DNA of 64,000 nt from Acidobacteriota bacterium (GCA_021781455.1 JAJXWV010000078.1:3991-67990); one strand, 5' to 3'; counted from the stretch's first letter, positions 27,082 to 36,420 are shown. The notes: generated by a model not told the origin, from the letters alone. Program-made: numbers and translations.

Positions 27082-28062
27082 TCAGACGAACATCGCGTCG
27101 GCGAGCCGCTGCAGCATCGGCAGGCCTCGAATCTCGGTCTCGTACAGCGGCACGATGGCGCGGACGCTTCCGTCGAACTTCTGCCACACGGTGCGCATGT
27201 GCTCTTCCTGCATGGTCACGCGATTCTTGACGAAGTCCGCGGATTGCGCGTCGAGTGAGCTCTTGTCGATGAGCATGTTGACCAGGACGCCTCCCACCGG
27301 AATCCCGAAATCGTGGAACCACTGGATGAAGCGCGTGATGACGGCGATCGGAAGCGCTTCCGGCAGCGCGACGAAGAAGAACGAGGTCTTCTCGGGATCC
27401 GTGAGCAGCACGCGACCGTGCTCCATGCGGTCGCGGAAGGAGACCAGGTAGTCCATGAGGGGATCCTGCTGCTTCTTCTTGGTGAAGGAGAGCAATTCGC
27501 GCAGGGTTCTCGCCTCCTCGCGGCTCTTGAGCATCTTGTTGACCCAGAGCGAGTAGACCTTCGACATCCCGAGAAGACGGCGTGCGTTCGCCGTGGGAGC
27601 AGTGTCGAAGACATAGACGTCGTACTCGTTCTTGAACATGAGATCGATCATGTTCTCGAACATCGCCGACTCCTCGAAGGCCGGGTTCATTGTGGCCGAG
27701 GCGACGAAGTCTTCGGCCTTGGTGGAGATGTCCGCGAATTTGAGGAACCACTGGATCTTTTCGCGAATCTCGGTCTTCGAGCGCTCGATCGTGTCCTTGG
27801 TCTCGATCTCGTAGGCCCAGAGGTTGGGCACTCCGTCCACAGCTGTGTGTTTGCCGAGGACGTTCTGACCGAGAAGACTGGTGAGGCTGTGGACCGGGTT
27901 GGTCGAGGCGAGCATCGTCCGGCGTCCCTGCCTGGCCAGCCAGACCGCGGTGGCCGCGGCGAAGACCGTCTTTCCGACGCCGCCCTTGCCCCCGAAGAAG
28001 ACGAACTTGAGATTGCCGTGCGCCTTCAGGTAATCGCGCATGGATGTCTGAATGTCGGGCAT
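27082..28062 (-). CDS. ArsA/Get3-family ATPase (deviant Walker A; signature degenerated to DTAPTA)
   Basis: FFGGKGGVGKT P-loop. STNPVHSL matches the STDPAHS(L) region. DTAPTANARRLL sits in place of DTAPTGH. 326 aa, single-domain (Get3-like size). GGGGGAGGG RBS. Confidence 0.8.
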   Translation of the reverse strand: MPDIQTSMRDYLKAHGNLKFVFFGGKGGVGKTVFAAATAVWLARQGRRTMLASTNPVHSLTSLLGQNVLGKHTAVDGVPNLWAYEIETKDTIERSKTEIREKIQWFLKFADISTKAEDFVASATMNPAFEESAMFENMIDLMFKNEYDVYVFDTAPTANARRLLGMSKVYSLWVNKMLKSREEARTLRELLSFTKKKQQDPLMDYLVSFRDRMEHGRVLLTDPEKTSFFFVALPEALPIAVITRFIQWFHDFGIPVGGVLVNMLIDKSSLDAQSADFVKNRVTMQEEHMRTVWQKFDGSVRAIVPLYETEIRGLPMLQRLADAMFV

Positions 28063-28079
28063 GGTCTTACCCTCCCCCG

Positions 28080-29072
28080 TTAGCGGGCCGTGACGAGCGC
28101 CTCGCCATACATGATTCCGGCGAGTTTCTCGATCATCGGCAGGCCGGTGACGTCGCGCTCCAGTTCCGGAACGTAGGCCAGAACGTCGTTGCCGAACGTC
28201 GCGCGGATGGTGTCGAGGTACTTGTCCTGCATCAGGATGCGATTGCGCAGATAGTCGGGGATGGACTGTTTGAGCAACTCGTGGGGAATGACGCGATTCA
28301 CCACATAGCCCCCAATGGGGACGTCGAACTGCGCGAACAGCTTTGCCGCCTTCTGAGTGTCGATGATGATCATGTCCTCGGGCACGACCACGAAGAAGAA
28401 AGCCGTCTTCGCCTTGTCCGTAAGAATGGAGGACGAGGCATTGATCCGTCCCTTGATGTAAACGAGCTCATTGAGGATCTCGTCCTGTTCCGTCTGTTTT
28501 TCTCTCTTGAGACGGCTGACCATCTCTTCGTACTCGCGCATGTCCTCGCGCAGCTTGGTCACCTTGTTGATCCACTCGTCGTAAACCTTGGCCATGCTCA
28601 GGTAATACAGAGCGTGGCCGAGAGGAACGAGGTCGTAGATGTAGTAGTCATAGCTGCCCTCGACCACGACGTCCACCACGGCGTCGAAAATCGCGCTCTC
28701 CTCCATGGCCGGTTCTGCACTGGCCGCCTGGATGTAATGCTCGATCTCCTCCGGCACTGACGGGAGGCCGTAGCGGTCGCGGATCTTCGCCCGAATCTCC
28801 TCCTGGTACGCCTTGATGTGCGAGTCGGCGTCGATCTCCTGGGCCCAGAGGTTCTCCATGATTTTCACGGGGCCTTTTCCGAAGATGTCGCGCTGGAAGA
28901 TATCGGTGAGCGACGCCTGCGGGTCGACCGAGAAGACCAGGACCTTCTTGCCCTGCGCGGCGAGCCAGTAGGCCGTGGCGGCCGAGAAAGTGGTCTTGCC
29001 GAGACCTCCCTTGCCGCCGAACATGATGTAGCGACGATCGGGGTTCTGTTGAAAAACCTCTTTCATCCCCAT
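28080..29072 (-). CDS. ArsA/Get3-family ATPase, second paralog (signature DLVPLGH)
   Basis: MFGGKGGLGKT P-loop. VDPQASLTD. DLVPLGHALYYL. 330 aa. Its stop is 18 bp from the downstream paralog. Confidence 0.8.
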   Translation of the reverse strand: MGMKEVFQQNPDRRYIMFGGKGGLGKTTFSAATAYWLAAQGKKVLVFSVDPQASLTDIFQRDIFGKGPVKIMENLWAQEIDADSHIKAYQEEIRAKIRDRYGLPSVPEEIEHYIQAASAEPAMEESAIFDAVVDVVVEGSYDYYIYDLVPLGHALYYLSMAKVYDEWINKVTKLREDMREYEEMVSRLKREKQTEQDEILNELVYIKGRINASSSILTDKAKTAFFFVVVPEDMIIIDTQKAAKLFAQFDVPIGGYVVNRVIPHELLKQSIPDYLRNRILMQDKYLDTIRATFGNDVLAYVPELERDVTGLPMIEKLAGIMYGEALVTAR

Positions 29073-29117
29073 TGAGTCCTCACTCTCTATGTCCTAATGC
29101 CTTCGTTTTCTCGCGCG

Positions 29118-29402
29118 TTAGAACATGGCATCGGATACGTCCTTCTCGCGGAGCATCCGGCGCTTCCATGTCGCAATCTGCGGGACGACATAGGGCAGCA
29201 ACCTGAGGCTGTAATAAGGAGGGAGAATGGGGATTCCGAGCATGTCGCCCATGGTGATGAGGATGAACAGGTGCTCCATGGAGGCGCGTGTCCGTAGGGC
29301 GGCTCGGCTCATGTCGTGTGCCGACATGCCGTAAATGGTTTCCTTGAAGCCGCTCCATAATCCCTTGAAGCCGCCGGGCCTTTCCAATTTCTTGTCTGTC
29401 AC
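29118..29402 (-). CDS. Small hydrophobic protein, paralog A (partner of the Get3-like ATPases)
   Basis: 94 aa, GTG start after AAGGAG. Core RASMEHLFILITMGDMLGIPILPPYYSLRLLPYV…WKRRMLRE. Clearly paralogous to the next gene. No recognised family. Confidence 0.6.
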   Translation of the reverse strand: MTDKKLERPGGFKGLWSGFKETIYGMSAHDMSRAALRTRASMEHLFILITMGDMLGIPILPPYYSLRLLPYVVPQIATWKRRMLREKDVSDAMF

Positions 29403-29419
29403 TGCTGTCTCCTTTGGCC

Positions 29420-29676
29420 TTACACACCGTGAAGGTGATGTTCGTGTTCGTCTCCCAATTGGTGTTCGCGAAGCATCCGCCGTTTCCAGCCCTTGACTGA
29501 GCCGGCGACATACGGAAGCAGACGAAGGGCATAATAGGGTGGCATGACGGGCACGCCGATCATGTCGCCGAAGGTGACGAGGATGAAGAGCCGCTCCATT
29601 GAGGCGCGTATCTCCAGGGCCTGCTGCGCGGTCTCGTATCCGAACATGCCATACAGGAATTCGCGGAACGCCTTCA
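29420..29676 (-). CDS. Small hydrophobic protein, paralog B
   Basis: 85 aa from MKAFREFLYGMFGYE…RASMERLFILVTFGDMIGVPVMPPYYALRLLPYV…WKRRMLRE, with a His-rich tail. The ORF-track N-terminal ~200 aa is rejected because the opposite strand is coding there. Confidence 0.55.
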
Positions 29677-29725
29677 TCCAGCTCCCGTGCTTCACCGCCG
29701 GACCGCTGCCTCCCGGAGGACGACG

Positions 29726-30364
29726 GTGAATGCGGCCGTGATCATCGTCGTGGCTGTTGTCATGGGCTGGTTCGCCGTCGGCAGCATCTGGAACGTCCGC
29801 AGGGGAAACGCCGTCCTGCGCTGGCTGCAGGATGGGCTCCCGCTTGTCGGCGAGCGCACCACAGTGCGCTGGCTCGGCACTACGTCCGTGGAGATGGTGA
29901 TCGGCCAGGCCAGGAAACCGTTCGATCAGGTGACGCTGGTGGTATTCCTCGAGCCGAGAGACGTGCCGTGGATCTGGGGCCCATCTCGCCTGCGGGGCCG
30001 GCGCGACACCCTGATCTTCCGGGCTCGCCTCGGAACGACGCCGGTCGTCGATCTCGAGGCATTCGACCCCGCCAGCTGGTCGGGGCGCGAGGCCCGCTCC
30101 CGGACCACCGCCGAACGATGGACCCTGCGCGAGCCGAAGCGCGCCGGCGACCTGCCCCTCTACTACAAGCTCGAAGGAGGGATGGCCATCGCCGACGCCC
30201 TCCTCGGGCTCGCACGCGAAGGCGGAATGACGGTGCGCCGCCTCTCCGTCCGTCGCGCCGAGCCCCACCTGCAGCTTCATGTCGATCTTCCCCCCGCCTC
30301 CGCCCCTGCGGCGGAGTTCTTCGGTACTCTGCGTGCCCTCGGCGAGACCGCGGCACGCTGTTAG
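29726..30364 (+). CDS. Membrane-anchored hypothetical protein (N-terminal TM helix + ~190-aa soluble domain), divergent from the small-protein/ATPase operon
   Basis: GTG start after GGAGGA. Strong GC3 bias. AAVIIVVAVVMGWFAVGSIW helix. No known domain. Confidence 0.5.
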   Translation: MNAAVIIVVAVVMGWFAVGSIWNVRRGNAVLRWLQDGLPLVGERTTVRWLGTTSVEMVIGQARKPFDQVTLVVFLEPRDVPWIWGPSRLRGRRDTLIFRARLGTTPVVDLEAFDPASWSGREARSRTTAERWTLREPKRAGDLPLYYKLEGGMAIADALLGLAREGGMTVRRLSVRRAEPHLQLHVDLPPASAPAAEFFGTLRALGETAARC

Positions 30365-30377
30365 GCGCCCCTTCTCC

Positions 30378-32297
30378 TCATGCGTGCACCGGGGCCGCTG
30401 GCGCCGGGACTGCCGGCGTCGCGGAGTAGCGCCGATAGGCCTTCAATCCATCCCACCCGATCACGATTGCCGCGACCAGCAGCAGCGCCGCGACCACGAT
30501 CATGGCCCAGGCACCGGCCACCGGAAGCCCGCTCATCTTCGGATTCGCGGCGATGGTCACATAGAGATTTCGAGCCGTGACGATCGTGGCGAACAACGTG
30601 GTGAAGTACATGAACAGCATCGGATAGAGGGCGTAACTCGGATTCCGCTTCTCCGACTTCAGCCAGACCGAGACCACCAGCAGGCTCAGCGCCGCCATGA
30701 GCTGATTCGAGGCGCCGAACATCTGCCACAGGTACACCCACGTCCCGGTGAGCACCAGGGCCATGGTGAGCAGCATCGAGATGATGCTCGAGACGTGCAT
30801 GTTGCGGACGAGAGGAATCGTCTCGCCGACCCATTCGGTCAGCGTCACGCGCATGACGCGGAAGACCAGCTGCGTCACGGTGAGCACGATCATGACGAAG
30901 GCACCGAACCCCAGGGCCGTGCCGAAGACCTCGGGGATGACCGTGAACGTGCCGGCGTAGATCAGTTTGCCGACGCCTGCTGCGAAACGGCCGCCACCAC
31001 CGCCCGCACCCGCGATGGAGACTGCCATCAGCGAGAGAAGGGCCAGCGTGTACTCGCCGAACATCGAGCCGGCGCCGACCGGAAGGCCATCGGTCTCGTA
31101 CTCGAGCTGCCGGGCGGTGCCGACCGATCCGACCAGAGCATGCCAGCCGGAGATCGCGCCACAGGCGATCGTCACGAACAGCATCGGCCACAGCGGCTGC
31201 CACGCCGCTCCGGCCTGCGGCCAGGCGAACCCGAGGTTCTTCACAGCGGCCAGAGCAAAGGCGCCGATCGTGTTCCCGGCCGAGTCCACCACCCCGGTCA
31301 GCGGTGCGACGAGAGCACCGATGGCGCTCAGAACGATCGTAATGAGCATCACCCAGAATCCGATGTAGTTGACCGGCTGCGCGAAACGCCAGATGGGCAT
31401 GTTCGCGCCCATGTACGAGAAGACGAACAGGAACAGCATCCACAGGAGATAGTTCGGAAGCGTCTTCACCAGTCCGGTCGCCGCGTCGTAGGCAGACGTG
31501 GTCGGCCGCTTGCCGTCCTTGCCCGGGACCGGGACGCGCGGATCGGAGTTCGTGGGATCAACGATGCTGATGAGAGGTTGTTTGTCCGAGATCTTGTCCA
31601 CCGTGGCATTCAAGCCGGCGATGGCGCGGCCGACCGGCCCCTGCACAAGGGCACCGTTGGCGTCCTTGTGCTGCCCCATCGGACCGACGGCCATGGCCGC
31701 GAGCGTCACCGCCACGACGATCCCGGTGACGACGATCAGGTCCATCTTCCACCGGTACATCATCTGGCCCGCGAGCAGGCCCATGAGAGCCAGCATGATG
31801 ATCCCCAGAGGAACGTCGGGACGGGCCGAAAGGATGGCCGCCAGGATTCCGACGAACGCTCCGGCCAGCAGCATCAGATAGAAAAAGATGAAGACGAAGA
31901 GAATCGTCCGGGTGCGCGGAGCGATGAGTTTGTGCGAGATCGCACTCAGGCTGTTTCCGTCGTTGCGGACGGCAACCATGATGGCCGAGTAATCGCTGAC
32001 CCAGCCGATGAAGCTGACCCCGATGACCAGCCACAGCAGCGAGGGAAACCATCCCCAGATGTTCGCCGCGGTGATGACCCCGACGATGGGCCCTGCCGCG
32101 GCAATCGACTTGAAGTGGTAGCCGTAGAGGACGTTCTTGCTCGTCGGCATGAAGTCGACACCGTCCATGTACATGGTGGCCGGCGTTGCGCGTTTGACGT
32201 CGGTCTGGATGACGCTTCGGTCGATTCGACGCGCGTAGTAGTTGTAGGCCACATAGATGACGATCACCGCGATGACCACGATCCACAACGTGTTCAT
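30378..32297 (-). CDS. cstA: Carbon starvation protein A (peptide/pyruvate transporter family)
   Basis: 639 aa polytopic protein with the CstA N-terminal signature (…YGYHFKSIAAAGPIVGVITAANIWGW…). AGGAGG RBS. Confidence 0.9.
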   Translation of the reverse strand: MNTLWIVVIAVIVIYVAYNYYARRIDRSVIQTDVKRATPATMYMDGVDFMPTSKNVLYGYHFKSIAAAGPIVGVITAANIWGWFPSLLWLVIGVSFIGWVSDYSAIMVAVRNDGNSLSAISHKLIAPRTRTILFVFIFFYLMLLAGAFVGILAAILSARPDVPLGIIMLALMGLLAGQMMYRWKMDLIVVTGIVVAVTLAAMAVGPMGQHKDANGALVQGPVGRAIAGLNATVDKISDKQPLISIVDPTNSDPRVPVPGKDGKRPTTSAYDAATGLVKTLPNYLLWMLFLFVFSYMGANMPIWRFAQPVNYIGFWVMLITIVLSAIGALVAPLTGVVDSAGNTIGAFALAAVKNLGFAWPQAGAAWQPLWPMLFVTIACGAISGWHALVGSVGTARQLEYETDGLPVGAGSMFGEYTLALLSLMAVSIAGAGGGGGRFAAGVGKLIYAGTFTVIPEVFGTALGFGAFVMIVLTVTQLVFRVMRVTLTEWVGETIPLVRNMHVSSIISMLLTMALVLTGTWVYLWQMFGASNQLMAALSLLVVSVWLKSEKRNPSYALYPMLFMYFTTLFATIVTARNLYVTIAANPKMSGLPVAGAWAMIVVAALLLVAAIVIGWDGLKAYRRYSATPAVPAPAAPVHA

Positions 32298-32669
32298 GGA
32301 ACGCTCCTCCTATCGTTCGGGTGAGATGGCCGATGTGCGGTCGCGGGGCGAGAGGGGACCGGGCCAGAGCGTTCGTGTTCAGACCCGATACCGAGTCATC
32401 GAAGCGACTGCGTGATTGCTGCTCAATTACCACTTTTCCAGCGGGAATGCCGTGATTCAGAGATAACGATATCAGGTGTTCTTGCTCCGCGCTCCGCCAG
32501 AGGCCGTGCTCCTGCGCGAAGCACTCTGGAGTGCGGCGCCTTGCTGCCGCTTTGCCATGCGTAGCCGAAATGGATGCACCAAACGGCGACCGGCATTCCG
32601 AGGGCGCGCTCTTCATGTTCGCCTGAGCGTCAATGCGCCTTAGAATCAGCGGGTTCGCACCGCGGCCGA

Positions 32670-34436
32670 ATGGAGACTGCCCTCCTCCTCCGGCCTCTGA
32701 TCCCTTTTGAACCCGCCATGAACGACAAGCGAAATCTCATCGCCCAGTGGGCGTTCGACACGCGGCCGCTCCTGCTGCGTTTTCACCTCTGGCTCGAAGA
32801 CGTGGAGGTGGAGCGCGCGCAGGACGGTCCCGTCTCCGCCGTCACCTTCACGCCGCGCGGCATCGCCCGCTGCCTGGCCATGACCTCCGCCGCCACCGCC
32901 CTCGGCACACGCCTCTTCGGCGATTTCGGAGCTGGAGCGGGCAAAGACAAGGTGACCTACAACCAGTTCAAGAAGTCGGCTGACGCCATCAGCGCCTACG
33001 CGATGAGCGAAGGGCTGTGGAGCCTCACCCGCACGCTTCCGGAAAACCACGCCATCATGGTGTCGCTGGGCGAAGGGCTCATGCCGAAAGCGGGGGAGAC
33101 CCCGGAGATGGGGGCCAACCCGCTCCTCGGATTCGGCCGCGTCTACGCTCGTCCCGAAGTGGCGAAGACCGTCGATCGCCGGGTGCGCCGGCTGCTCAAC
33201 GAGCCGGGACACACGTTCGAGCAGTTCCACGGATGGCTGAAGAATCGCGGCATCACGCTGTGGGGCGCGGCGGTCGACACGCTGGAGTGCACATCGCGCT
33301 TCGCCGAAGGAAAGGCGACCGGGCCGATGACGGTGTTGCACCTGTTCGACTCGCCGCTGAAGATGGCGCGGCCGTACGAGTCGTACATCGGCTGCCTGAC
33401 CGTGCCGCGACGCGTGACTGCCGCCGCCGAGGCGGCGTCGGTGCTGCTCGATTACCGGACGCCGCGCAAACAGGTCGTCGAGTGCATCGAGAAAGCCTAT
33501 CCCGGCATCCACCGCGAGAACATTCACGTCTGGACCCTTCGCGGGAAGAGCCGTGAGACGCGGCTTCGGCCGCTCTGGGACGAATGGACGGCACTGGGCG
33601 TGAATCTCGTCGACGACGGATGGAAGACGCCCTCCGGCATCGCCGTCTTCACCGACTCCGGGACGTACGCGCCGACATTCCTGGTCGGCTCATTTGCAGC
33701 GAACGGGCAGACACACGTCTTTCTCTGCGACGGCTATGCCGCGTCGGCCGAGGCAATGCAGGCGGCCAGTCTGTGCGAGGTGCTCGACGTCGACGCCACC
33801 ATGCAGGTCTTCTCGTCGACCTTCGAGCTGCCGATCGCGGCCGAAGCGCGGGCCATGGCCGGCGATGGCGATTTCGGCGGCGACGCGAAGATGGCCGAGC
33901 GCTACCGGCAGGCCATCCGCGATGCCGAGCTCTCCAACGTCCCGCTGCGCAAGCGCGTTCTCCGCGCGGATGATTTCCTTCCCGAGAAGGATTGGAGCGT
34001 GCTGGCGAGCGTGGGCTACATGTGCGATGACCCGTACACAGGCGCGCCCGGCGTCGTCCAGGTCGGCGACGGCGTCTACAAAGTGACGACGCGCCTGGCC
34101 ACTCGCAGGGCGTCGTCGAAGATCACGTTCACGCTGCGGCTCATGGAATCGCTCGAGCAGGCCCGCCAGGTGTTCAGCCCTCTGCTGGTGCGCTTCTTCT
34201 CCGGCGTCGATCACACCCGCCGGCCGGTCAAGATCTCCGACTCCGGCAGAATCCGCAACGAGCTGCAGACGATGCTCTCGCAGGCGCTCGAACACCACGG
34301 CGAGATGATCCGCGTGCACTTCGACCGCATCGACCCGCAGGTGCTGCCGATCGAGAAGCAGAATTCAATCCGCACCGTCCTCGAGTGGTACAAGCGCGAG
34401 CACCCGGTGTGGTTCGACTGGCTGGAGATCGGGTAG
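32670..34436 (+). CDS. Hypothetical ~590-aa cytoplasmic protein, no recognised domain
   Basis: Long ORF with consistent codon bias. Start ambiguous between METALL at 32670 and MNDKRN at 32718. Confidence 0.45.
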   Translation: METALLLRPLIPFEPAMNDKRNLIAQWAFDTRPLLLRFHLWLEDVEVERAQDGPVSAVTFTPRGIARCLAMTSAATALGTRLFGDFGAGAGKDKVTYNQFKKSADAISAYAMSEGLWSLTRTLPENHAIMVSLGEGLMPKAGETPEMGANPLLGFGRVYARPEVAKTVDRRVRRLLNEPGHTFEQFHGWLKNRGITLWGAAVDTLECTSRFAEGKATGPMTVLHLFDSPLKMARPYESYIGCLTVPRRVTAAAEAASVLLDYRTPRKQVVECIEKAYPGIHRENIHVWTLRGKSRETRLRPLWDEWTALGVNLVDDGWKTPSGIAVFTDSGTYAPTFLVGSFAANGQTHVFLCDGYAASAEAMQAASLCEVLDVDATMQVFSSTFELPIAAEARAMAGDGDFGGDAKMAERYRQAIRDAELSNVPLRKRVLRADDFLPEKDWSVLASVGYMCDDPYTGAPGVVQVGDGVYKVTTRLATRRASSKITFTLRLMESLEQARQVFSPLLVRFFSGVDHTRRPVKISDSGRIRNELQTMLSQALEHHGEMIRVHFDRIDPQVLPIEKQNSIRTVLEWYKREHPVWFDWLEIG

Positions 34437-34628
34437 GCATCACGAGACCGCGGAAAACACGAGATACACGAACAATGGAGAGCATGAGGCGGACAGACGA
34501 GAGAGAGCCTGCGCCTCGTGCTCTGACCCCTTTCGTGTGTTTCGTGGTTTGTGCATCGCCATTGCACGCCGCTATCATCATGCCACCCGTACAACTGAAT
34601 ACGACCTGACGCCCCGACGGAGGATCTG

Positions 34629-35057
34629 ATGAAGAACCTTTCCGACGTTCTGAAAGCAAAGGGGACGACCGTGTTTTCCGTGCGCCCGACCGACAACGTG
34701 CACGATGCCGTGAAACTGATGGACGAGAAGGGGGTGGGCGCTCTGCTCGTCGTCACGGAAGACGGCCTGGCGGGCATCCTCTCGGAGCGCGATGTGGCGC
34801 GCAAGATCACGCTCACCGGAAGGATCGCCCGGCAGACGCCGACCTCGGAAATCATGACCGACCACGTCACCTGCGTCGCTCCCGACCTCGACATTCACGA
34901 GGCCATGGCGATCATGACCGAACAGCGGGTGCGCCACCTCCCGGTGCTCAACGGTAAACAGCTCGTCGGCGTCGTCTCGATCGGCGATCTGGTGAAGGCG
35001 ATCATCGAAGACCAGAAGTTCACGATCGAGCAGCTGCAGAACTACATCACGTCGTGA
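34629..35057 (+). CDS. CBS-domain pair protein
   Basis: Two CBS motifs (…VHDAVKLMDEKGVGALLVV…; …IHEAMAIMTEQRVRHLPVLNGKQLVGVVSIGDLV…). GGAGGA RBS. Confidence 0.85.
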   Translation: MKNLSDVLKAKGTTVFSVRPTDNVHDAVKLMDEKGVGALLVVTEDGLAGILSERDVARKITLTGRIARQTPTSEIMTDHVTCVAPDLDIHEAMAIMTEQRVRHLPVLNGKQLVGVVSIGDLVKAIIEDQKFTIEQLQNYITS

Positions 35058-35059
35058 GC

Positions 35060-35280
35060 GGCTGAGGGCAGGGCCGCCCCCGTCACTCTGAGCCGGCGGA
35101 GCCGCGGGGAAGGGTGGTTGGGTGGAGCGGCGCAGCGCGGCGAAGAGTCTCAAAATTGCACGATCGCGGTGAGCCTGCTGTCACACGCGATCCGCTCCCG
35201 CCTAACCATCGTCCCGGTAAGAGACTCTTCGCCGCGCTCCACCGCCCCCGCCCATCCACCACCCCCGCGGTTTGGGTTTG
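35060..35280. repeat. ~220-bp structured non-coding region with a 25-bp inverted repeat (GGTGGAGCG(GCGCAG)CGGCGAAGAGTCTC … GAGACTCTTCGCCGCGCTCCACC) and flanking G/C-tract pairings
   Basis: Arms at 35118-35150 and 35220-35243 read directly. Part of a ~520-bp ORF-free stretch. It begins with the GCCCCCGTCACTCTGAG motif also seen at 52056 and 63117. Confidence 0.45.
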
Positions 35281-35577
35281 CTCGTGTTCGCGGAAACCGC
35301 GTGGTTCCCAGGGACTTCGTGGCCTCGATTTCCGTGACCGACAAGGAGCTCCGCGCTCGCGATTTCATCTCCAGCTTCGCCGGCATCTGCCGCACGATCA
35401 CGCCGATTGCCCGCTTCGTGGCGCGGGCACTCGACATGGCGTGGTGAAACGGAGAGCGGAACTCCGTTCCGCAGTCGCCGGCGGTCCCTCGCCGGCGACT
35501 TTCGCGCGGCGATCGCCGAGGTCGGCCGCGGAGACCGCGGCCGACTGCGGGTCGGGAGACCCGCGCTCCACTCGCGA

Positions 35578-36420
35578 CTAGCCCAAGACCGGAGACGCGA
35601 CCGGCGAAGCGGCCAGACCGCTCAGCGAATCTGCACTCCGTCGGCCTGCGACAGATCCAAAGCACTCGGTGCATCGCGCGTGCCCCACGTGTAGTACAGG
35701 CCGAGGTAGCTGACCCGTGTGATGCTCGCCGGCGACGGAGTGGCCGCCCATGAACAGCAGGCTGAGGGTGCCGCGGAGCGTGTAGTAGCCGCCGGCGTCG
35801 AGCAGCGTCGACCCGCGCGAGTCGATGCTCGGCGCCCCCTGATGGAACACTTCCCCGCCTAACGTCAGCCGGTTCGAAAGCTGGCGCTGCAAGAGCCACC
35901 CGGCGAAGGGCGCATCCTTCATCCCCGGCGCGCGGTTGATCACGTATCCGCCGCCGCCATAGGTCGTCCATGGTCCGTTGCTCTTCTGAAGCCAGATCGG
36001 GAGCCTCGCCCAGAGGTGGCCGTTGCCGAGGCCGCGGGAAGCATTGCCGGTCGGAAGCTCGAGCATCGGGAAAGCCCCGATCTGCGGCCGAACCTTCGTT
36101 TCTTCGACGAAGCGGTACTTGATTCCGAGCTCGATGTCGCCGAGGCCATGCGAACCGTCCGGACTCACACCAGCGACGGGCACGACGATGTGGAATTGAA
36201 GGTTCGGCGCGAAGCCGGCGTTGAACTCGAACGCGGGCCACGCCGTTGTCGTGACGTCCGATCGATCGGCGGTTCCGAACAGATAGGCCTCGAAATGGCG
36301 ATACGGCACCGGTTCGGGGTCGTCAGTCTGGAAAGGCGGACCGGCGAGAGCGCCCGTGGCGCTGCATAGAAGCGTGAATGCGAAGAGCAGCCGCGCGAAT
36401 CTCGTGAAAGCGAGAGACAT
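35578..36420 (-). CDS. Outer-membrane beta-barrel protein (MetA-pathway/phenol-degradation-like 'transporter' family) with an apparent frameshift near the 3' end
   Basis: Signal peptide MSLAFTRFARLLFAFTLLCSATGALA followed by GPPFQTDDPEPV, typical of this OM family. After …GGHSVAGEHHTG the annotated frame reads non-barrel sequence. The +1 frame reads VSYLGLYYTWGT…GVQIR* with a stop near 35622, which looks like a barrel terminal strand. Confidence 0.5.
   Translation of the reverse strand: MSLAFTRFARLLFAFTLLCSATGALAGPPFQTDDPEPVPYRHFEAYLFGTADRSDVTTTAWPAFEFNAGFAPNLQFHIVVPVAGVSPDGSHGLGDIELGIKYRFVEETKVRPQIGAFPMLELPTGNASRGLGNGHLWARLPIWLQKSNGPWTTYGGGGYVINRAPGMKDAPFAGWLLQRQLSNRLTLGGEVFHQGAPSIDSRGSTLLDAGGYYTLRGTLSLLFMGGHSVAGEHHTGQLPRPVLHVGHARCTECFGSVAGRRSADSLSGLAASPVASPVLG

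Noticed and set aside
27082-29072. Interpretation of the two ArsA-family genes as an arsenite efflux ATPase (arsA of an ars operon)
   Set aside because: The genes are half-size single-domain paralogs, not the fused two-domain ArsA. The DTAPTGH signature is degenerate in one. No arsB, arsC, arsD or arsR is adjacent. A Get3-like or other non-arsenic role is more consistent.
29677-30280. N-terminal ~200 aa of the 286-aa minus-strand ORF (29420-30280)
   Set aside because: Only the C-terminal 85 aa is paralogous to the neighbouring small protein and has a start with SD. The region beyond 29726 is coding on the opposite strand (29726-30364), which has good GC3 bias and an RBS.
30279-32324. 681-aa plus-strand ORF (H/R/D/G-rich) opposite cstA, and 360/352-aa minus off-frame ORFs
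   Set aside because: Extreme low-complexity composition. The cstA frame is a canonical polytopic transporter with an AGGAGG RBS.
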